Shown here piece by piece: positions 58,748-64,000 of a stretch of 64,000 nt of DNA. A program made the position numbers and the translations under genes. Origin of the DNA: Candidatus Poribacteria bacterium (GTDB taxonomy: Bacteria; Poribacteria; WGA-4E; WGA-3G); NCBI GenBank assembly GCA_963663765.2, contig CAXXUA010000005.1, positions 960,001 through 1,024,000 on the forward strand, written 5' to 3'. The notes under the pieces were generated by a model. It ran no database searches and was not told the DNA's origin. It saw only the letters and a list, made by a program, of their open reading frames with translations. Positions within the stretch are counted from its first letter, which is position 1, and each line of letters starts with the position of its first letter.

Positions 58748-59176
58748 GTGTATTGTTACGATTATCCACGCCCTTCAGTTACTGTTGATATTGTGCTGCT
58801 GACGGATGTGACTCAGAATCCAAAGGTCTTGTTAATTCGTCGGAAGAATTCGCCATTTAAGGACTATTGGGCACTCCCGGGTGGTTTTTTGGATATGTGC
58901 GAAACGCTTGAGGAGAGTGCTCGCCGCGAATTGCACGAGGAAACTCGTATATCAGACGTCCAGTTGACACAGATAGGTGCATTTGGAAATCCTGATCGGG
59001 ATCCACGCGGGCGTGTAGTAACTATCGCTTTTGTTGGGATTGTGAGTTCCGAACAACAAAAAGCCGTAGCCGGTTCCGATGCTGTAGCCGTTGCTTGGTT
59101 TTCAATATCAGATTTGCCACAACTCGCCTTTGACCATGAGCAGATTATTCAAGATACATTAGCAGGATTAGAATGA
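58748..59176 (+). CDS. NUDIX hydrolase
   Basis: WALPGG...ETLEESARRELHEET Nudix box, RDPRGR, LAFDH. Confidence 0.92.
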   Translation: MYCYDYPRPSVTVDIVLLTDVTQNPKVLLIRRKNSPFKDYWALPGGFLDMCETLEESARRELHEETRISDVQLTQIGAFGNPDRDPRGRVVTIAFVGIVSSEQQKAVAGSDAVAVAWFSISDLPQLAFDHEQIIQDTLAGLE

Positions 59177-59505
59177 AACATTACGGGTTAACATTGAACC
59201 TAAAGGATGACCCAGAGTTAATTGAAAAATATAAAGCGTATCACAGAAATGCGTGGCAAGAAACATTGATTGGTCTGAAAGCGGTCGGTATTACGAAAAT
59301 GAACATTTACCTGTTAGGTAGGCGTTTATTTATGGCGATGGAAACCGTTGATACATTTGAGTTAAAACGCGACTTTCCCCGCTATCTTGAGCAACATCCG
59401 AAGTGCAAAGAATGGGATGCATTAATGCGGACTTTTCAGGAACCTGTAGAAGGTGCGCAAGCGGATGAATGGTGGGCATTGATGGAACCTGTGTTTGAAC
59501 TGTAA
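59173..59505 (+). CDS. L-rhamnose mutarotase family protein
   Basis: LKDDPELIEKYKAYH..AW, GITKMNIY, WWALMEPVF. Confidence 0.85.
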   Translation: MKHYGLTLNLKDDPELIEKYKAYHRNAWQETLIGLKAVGITKMNIYLLGRRLFMAMETVDTFELKRDFPRYLEQHPKCKEWDALMRTFQEPVEGAQADEWWALMEPVFEL

Positions 59506-59567
59506 TACCGCAGTAAAAACAAACTTGTGTATAAGATTAAGAGTGGGATCGTATATTGGAAAAAGCA

Positions 59568-60500
59568 ATGAATATTAATTACGACTACATCGCATTCAGC
59601 GGTAGACTTTCAGATAACAGATGGACTCTTGGGATGAAAGCGCTTCAAGGCGAAGTGCCACTGGACATCGTCTTTCCGAGTTTGCAGTCTTCTATAGATC
59701 CTGACGATCAGGACATAATAGGGGTTTTAACGAGAGAAGGCACATCAAGAGAAAGTACGGATGTGATGGAGCTCTACCGTTACCTTCGGCAGTTAAACCC
59801 GAAATCAAATCAAGCATTCGGTTTCAATGAGATTGTGATACGTAATATCCATTCCCGATTAAACTTATTAAAGGTTGATGAAGAACTCCGCGTCCAAATC
59901 AGTTTTTCCGAGCGTAAAGAAAACTATATCTCATCTACATATAACATCAAATTATTAGGTATTTTCCCGATTACGCCTCCCGAATCATCTGAACCGATAG
60001 ATGATATTCCAGAAGAACCAGAAATTGAAATAGAAAAACCTGATGATAACACCCAAGATATGGTTGAGGTTGAAAATGAAGATGAAGATGAAGATGAAGA
60101 TTCAACTGTTATTCCTACAAGTTTCCCACCTACAGATCCAGATATACCTGTCTATAAAACCACAAATACGTTGGAAAAAATAATCGTTTTTGCACGTACG
60201 CTGCAAACTGAGTTAGATGAGGCGAAGCGGACGATCACATCAATGTCAGAAAAAATTCAATTTTTGGAGAATGACAAAGTTCGTCACCAGGAACTTGAAA
60301 GTTTGCTCCAAGCTATTTATGATCGTCTTAACCACTTAGAGAATTTTGATAGGCGTATTGGTTTGCTTGAAAATGACCGTCATCAACTCAGCCACTTAAG
60401 ACAGACCTTAGCAAAATACTACAAGACCACCAATAGGCAAACACAGGCGTTGCTCAACGAGGTTGGTGTTGAATCTGAAGATCCCAATATAGATAGTTAA
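59568..60500 (+). CDS. Hypothetical protein with acidic linker and C-terminal coiled coil
   Basis: Long ORF; EDEDEDED tract; heptad-rich C-terminus. Confidence 0.65.
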   Translation: MNINYDYIAFSGRLSDNRWTLGMKALQGEVPLDIVFPSLQSSIDPDDQDIIGVLTREGTSRESTDVMELYRYLRQLNPKSNQAFGFNEIVIRNIHSRLNLLKVDEELRVQISFSERKENYISSTYNIKLLGIFPITPPESSEPIDDIPEEPEIEIEKPDDNTQDMVEVENEDEDEDEDSTVIPTSFPPTDPDIPVYKTTNTLEKIIVFARTLQTELDEAKRTITSMSEKIQFLENDKVRHQELESLLQAIYDRLNHLENFDRRIGLLENDRHQLSHLRQTLAKYYKTTNRQTQALLNEVGVESEDPNIDS

Positions 60501-60529
60501 CCCTTGATAAGAACATTCTAATCCGTTCT

Positions 60530-60641
60530 GGTAGGCGTGCTTTGTAAGTGTGCTGGTACATCAAGTTACAACAGCGCACTTACAAAGCACCAAATCAAGA
60601 AATCAACGGTATGAATGCCATTAAGGCATTCCCCGCCTACC
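60530..60641. repeat. GTAG REP doublet with a 44-bp insertion in one arm
   Basis: GTAGGCGTGCTTTGTAAG... and the reverse arm CTTACAAAGCAC|insert 60591-60634|GCCTAC; same REP family near 26408, 30363 and 58455. Confidence 0.75.
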
Positions 60642-60688
60642 GGGACGGGTTAGGCATAAAAACGATACTATTGGAAAGGATTGTCCGC

Positions 60689-61489
60689 ATGATGAAAATA
60701 GGTACGATGTCCTTGAATGTAAGAGGTACAACTGCGACCCAATTTGCACAGATCGTGTATGATCTTGGTTTTGATGTTATTGAATTACATTACAGAGCGT
60801 TTGAATCCACTGATGCAAACTATTTACGTGATTTGAAGAAAGACCTTATGCGTAAAGGGCTGCCTCTGGGTTACATTGGTATCAGTAATAATTTCGGTAA
60901 ACCCATTGCTGAACATCCTGAACAGGTCGCGCTTATCAAAAAATGGATTGACGTTGCTGCTTTTATGAGTTGTCCCATAGTGCGAGTTTTTGCAGCTAAG
61001 GTGCCTGCGGATTGTGAAGATGAGGAAACGTTGTGGCAGCCGATGATTGAAGGCTTCAAAGAGGTTGCTGAATATGGCTATGAATCAGGGATTCTTGTTG
61101 GTCTGCAAAACCACAACCACGATAACATCACACGCGATGGGGACGCTGTTTTGCGTGCCTTGAATGAAACCGACCATCCATATTTCACACACATTTTAGA
61201 TACGGGACAATACGCGGGTTCACCCGGTGCAAGCGGAGAACAAGACGCATCACATCCCGATTACGACTGCTATTCAAGTATTGAAAAGACAGCACCTTAT
61301 GCTGTTTATGTTAGAACCAAGTTCTACGAGATTGATAGTGGCGTAGAGGAATGGTTAGACTATCCAAGGGTTTTGGAGATTTTGCGTGGTGTTGGCTATA
61401 ATGGTTGTCTGTCTGTCGTTTATGAGGGAAAATCTGATCCGATTGAATCAATGCGTAAAGCGAGAAGTTATTTGGAATCTTTGCTGTAA
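60689..61489 (+). CDS. Sugar phosphate isomerase/epimerase (TIM barrel)
   Basis: GFDVIEL, VRVF, LQNHNH, LDTGQ, SVVYEG; the longer ORF start runs through a repeat. Confidence 0.85.
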   Translation: MMKIGTMSLNVRGTTATQFAQIVYDLGFDVIELHYRAFESTDANYLRDLKKDLMRKGLPLGYIGISNNFGKPIAEHPEQVALIKKWIDVAAFMSCPIVRVFAAKVPADCEDEETLWQPMIEGFKEVAEYGYESGILVGLQNHNHDNITRDGDAVLRALNETDHPYFTHILDTGQYAGSPGASGEQDASHPDYDCYSSIEKTAPYAVYVRTKFYEIDSGVEEWLDYPRVLEILRGVGYNGCLSVVYEGKSDPIESMRKARSYLESLL

Positions 61490-61512
61490 ATTTGCATACC
61501 GTAGAGGTTAAT

Positions 61513-62616
61513 ATGAAGACACGTGCTGCAGTCATGTATGAACACAATCAACCTGTGATTGTTGAGGAGCTTGACATAGAGGAACCGAAAGCAAACGAGG
61601 TGCTTGTCCGTACGGCTGCAAGCGGTGTCTGCCATTCCGATTTATCGGTTGTCACGGGTGCGATCTATTACGATGCTGCAGTTGTTCTCGGACATGAGGG
61701 TGCTGGTGTTATTGAACGTGTCGGTGAACAGGTTACGGATTTCAAACAAGGTGACCATGTAATCTTGTCTTTCGTTTCATATTGTGGCGACTGCACTATG
61801 TGTCGTATGGAAAAAGTTTGTCTGTGCGAAAGTTATGATGTCCCGTACGGACTTCAGTTAGACGGCACTTATCGTCTCTATAACAGTTCTGGTGAAGCGA
61901 TCTATCAGATGGCGCGGATTGCAACGATGTCAGAATATATGGTCGTGCCAGAACAGAACCTTGTCAAAATTGACGACCACTATTCTTTAGAGCATGCAGC
62001 TCTTGTGGGATGCGGTGTTACAACAGGAGTCGGTGCCGTCCTCAACACTGCCAAAGTGAAACCCGGTAGTTCAGTAGCAGTTATTGGCACTGGCGGTGTA
62101 GGTTTAAACGTTTTACAAGGTGCAGTGCTTGCAAATGCAGAAAAGATAATCGCTGTTGATATTGCTGAGAAGAAACTTGACTTTGCGAAGAGTTTTGGAG
62201 CAACAGAAGTTGTCAACGCTGCGGAGGACGATCCAGTTGACGCGGTGCGTGAGTTGACAGAGGGTCGCGGTGTAGATTACGCGTTTGAAGTCATCGGGAA
62301 TCCAGATACTATAACACAAGCATATCGTATGGTGCGTTCCGCTGGCACAGTGGTTGTTGTCGGAATTGCCCATCATAAAAAGGAATTCAGCATCCCGGCA
62401 CAACAGTTAGTCTTCACTGAAAAACGTATCCTCGGTTCATTCTACGGTTCCTGTCAACCGCGTGTAGATATGCCGAAACTTCTCAAACTCTATACGGAAG
62501 GGAAGTTGAAGTTGGATGAATTGATTACGAAACACTATCGGCTTGACGAAATAAACGAAGCCTTCTCGGCTATGCAGGCGGGTGAAAATGCCCGCGGTAT
62601 TATCGTTTTTGATTGA
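61513..62616 (+). CDS. Zn-dependent alcohol dehydrogenase (class III-like)
   Basis: GVCHSD, GHEGAG, CGDCTMC...C, GCGVTTG, GTGGVG. Confidence 0.93.
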   Translation: MKTRAAVMYEHNQPVIVEELDIEEPKANEVLVRTAASGVCHSDLSVVTGAIYYDAAVVLGHEGAGVIERVGEQVTDFKQGDHVILSFVSYCGDCTMCRMEKVCLCESYDVPYGLQLDGTYRLYNSSGEAIYQMARIATMSEYMVVPEQNLVKIDDHYSLEHAALVGCGVTTGVGAVLNTAKVKPGSSVAVIGTGGVGLNVLQGAVLANAEKIIAVDIAEKKLDFAKSFGATEVVNAAEDDPVDAVRELTEGRGVDYAFEVIGNPDTITQAYRMVRSAGTVVVVGIAHHKKEFSIPAQQLVFTEKRILGSFYGSCQPRVDMPKLLKLYTEGKLKLDELITKHYRLDEINEAFSAMQAGENARGIIVFD

Positions 62617-62675
62617 CATTTTCTCTATTTATAACGCAAGCTACTCCTAATTTAACGTTGGATGACACACAACAA

Positions 62676-63452
62676 ATGAAGTCTGTACACACATCTGTCC
62701 GCGATCAATTTAGCCAACATGCAGAATATTACGCGCAGAGCAGCGTGCATGCAAAAGGACAAACTCTTCAAGTTATTCTTGACTTAGCGGATCCAAAAGG
62801 CACGGAAAAAACGTTAGATATTGCGACAGGCACGGGTTTTACAGCGTTCGCGCTTGCCCCCAAAGTTTCCGATGTCGTTGCGACAGACCTAACACCAGAG
62901 ATGGTTGGGAAGGCAGCTGAGTTAGCACAAGAACAAGCGATAAATAACATCGCATTTTCTGTTGCTGCAGCAGAGTCCTTACCGTTTTCAACTTCCTCAT
63001 TTGATTTAGTTACCTGCCGTCTTGCACCTCACCATTTTCAAGATGTACCCAAGTTTTTAGGGGAGGTGCATCGTGTTTTACGAACAGATGGGTGTTTCTG
63101 CCTTGTAGATTCAGTTTCACCAGAATCGGAGAAGTTAATAACGTGGCAGAATCGTGTAGAAAAATTACGTGATGATTCGCATGTGTATGGGTATCCTCCC
63201 TCTCAGTGGGATAAAATGATTGTGGATGCTGGATTTGATATTGCTGAGACAGCACACACTCGCAATGCGCAGATGTCGTTTTTGTGGTGGGTGCGTCCAC
63301 ATAAGAATCCTTCGGAAGTGGTGCAGGAAATCCGAGATGCTTTCTCGGAACTCTCACATGATGATGCTGAAAAGTATTATACGTTGGAATCGGCAGGGGA
63401 TGATTTCTATTTTTCTTGGCCGATGTATGCTGTCAAAGCAAAAAGGAGATAA
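62676..63452 (+). CDS. Class I SAM-dependent methyltransferase
   Basis: LDIATGTG, DLTPEM, AESLPF, APHHF. Confidence 0.9.
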   Translation: MKSVHTSVRDQFSQHAEYYAQSSVHAKGQTLQVILDLADPKGTEKTLDIATGTGFTAFALAPKVSDVVATDLTPEMVGKAAELAQEQAINNIAFSVAAAESLPFSTSSFDLVTCRLAPHHFQDVPKFLGEVHRVLRTDGCFCLVDSVSPESEKLITWQNRVEKLRDDSHVYGYPPSQWDKMIVDAGFDIAETAHTRNAQMSFLWWVRPHKNPSEVVQEIRDAFSELSHDDAEKYYTLESAGDDFYFSWPMYAVKAKRR

Positions 63453-63455
63453 GAA

Positions 63456-64000
63456 ATGTTGTTCCAAAATAGAATTCTTACTAACAATGTGCCACGCAAA
63501 AAACAGATATCAAAAATAGTTAGATTTTTCACAATTCCTTGCATATCAGTCGTATTGTTTATCGGTTGTAGAACGCCGAATCCTGATGCCAACAACGCTA
63601 AGGACGATATAACGGACATGGTCTTGATTCCCGCGGGTGAATTTGAGATGGGAAACAATGACACTGATGAGTTTGGACCACACGGACCGCAGGAAAACGA
63701 AAGTCCGGTACATACTGTCTATGTGGACGCGTTTTACATAGACAAATACGAGGTGACGAATGCTGACTTCAAAAAGTTTCTTGATGCTAATCCGAAGTTT
63801 CATAAGAACCCTATTGCACCAAGGGTCAACAGTAAGAATTCTTCACCGTTCGAATGGATAGGAAACAATTATCCAGAAGGTCAAGGTAATTATCCTGTTC
63901 ATGCAACATGGCATGAGGCGATGGCTTATGCCACGTGGGCAGGTAAAAGGCTACCGACAGAAGCGGAATGGGAAAAGGCAGCACGCGGCGGTCTGAAAAA
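63456..64000 (+). CDS. Formylglycine-generating enzyme (SUMF1)-family lipoprotein, truncated by the window end
   Basis: Not in the ORF track; reads [12 protein letters not shown]...[21 protein letters not shown]...[17 protein letters not shown]. Confidence 0.9.
   Translation, partial: MLFQNRILTNNVPRKKQISKIVRFFTIPCISVVLFIGCRTPNPDANNAKDDITDMVLIPAGEFEMGNNDTDEFGPHGPQENESPVHTVYVDAFYIDKYEVTNADFKKFLDANPKFHKNPIAPRVNSKNSSPFEWIGNNYPEGQGNYPVHATWHEAMAYATWAGKRLPTEAEWEKAARGGLK

Overview
About 50 genes from a bacterial chromosome. The gene content strongly resembles Candidatus Poribacteria or a related sponge symbiont (inferred, not searched): secreted WD40 beta-propellers with cohesin/dockerin tails, a 'V.P.GKLA.TWG.LK' C-terminal motif, T9SS/FlgD-like CTDs, planctomycete-type cytochrome c and DUF1592/DUF1552 proteins. 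Core genes include rnpB, hslVU, pgi, a prepilin peptidase and an NtrY/NtrX-like two-component pair. Accessory and defence content includes an intact tnpB-only IS200/IS605 element, a C5-MTase + GHKL-ATPase/nuclease + N-MTase restriction-modification cassette, and an orphan adenine MTase. The most notable locus is a translationally coupled pair: an FRG-TPR-(type IIG RM target-recognition domain) chimera and an ABC-ATPase-HEPN protein, a candidate new anti-phage guard/decoy system. Intergenic regions hold layered GTAG-type REP hairpins and several MITE families with readable target-site duplications (5, 6, 9, 10 and 20 bp), plus a 34-44 bp hairpin element inserted into REPs. Other oddities are a di-haem cytochrome c-LivK fusion, an acidic HslU insertion ending in an SSB-tail-like DDDIPF, a cupin pseudogene with two nonsense codons and a decayed TA pair. 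I saw no CRISPR array, tRNA or rRNA. All domain calls come from motif recognition by eye, with no database searches.
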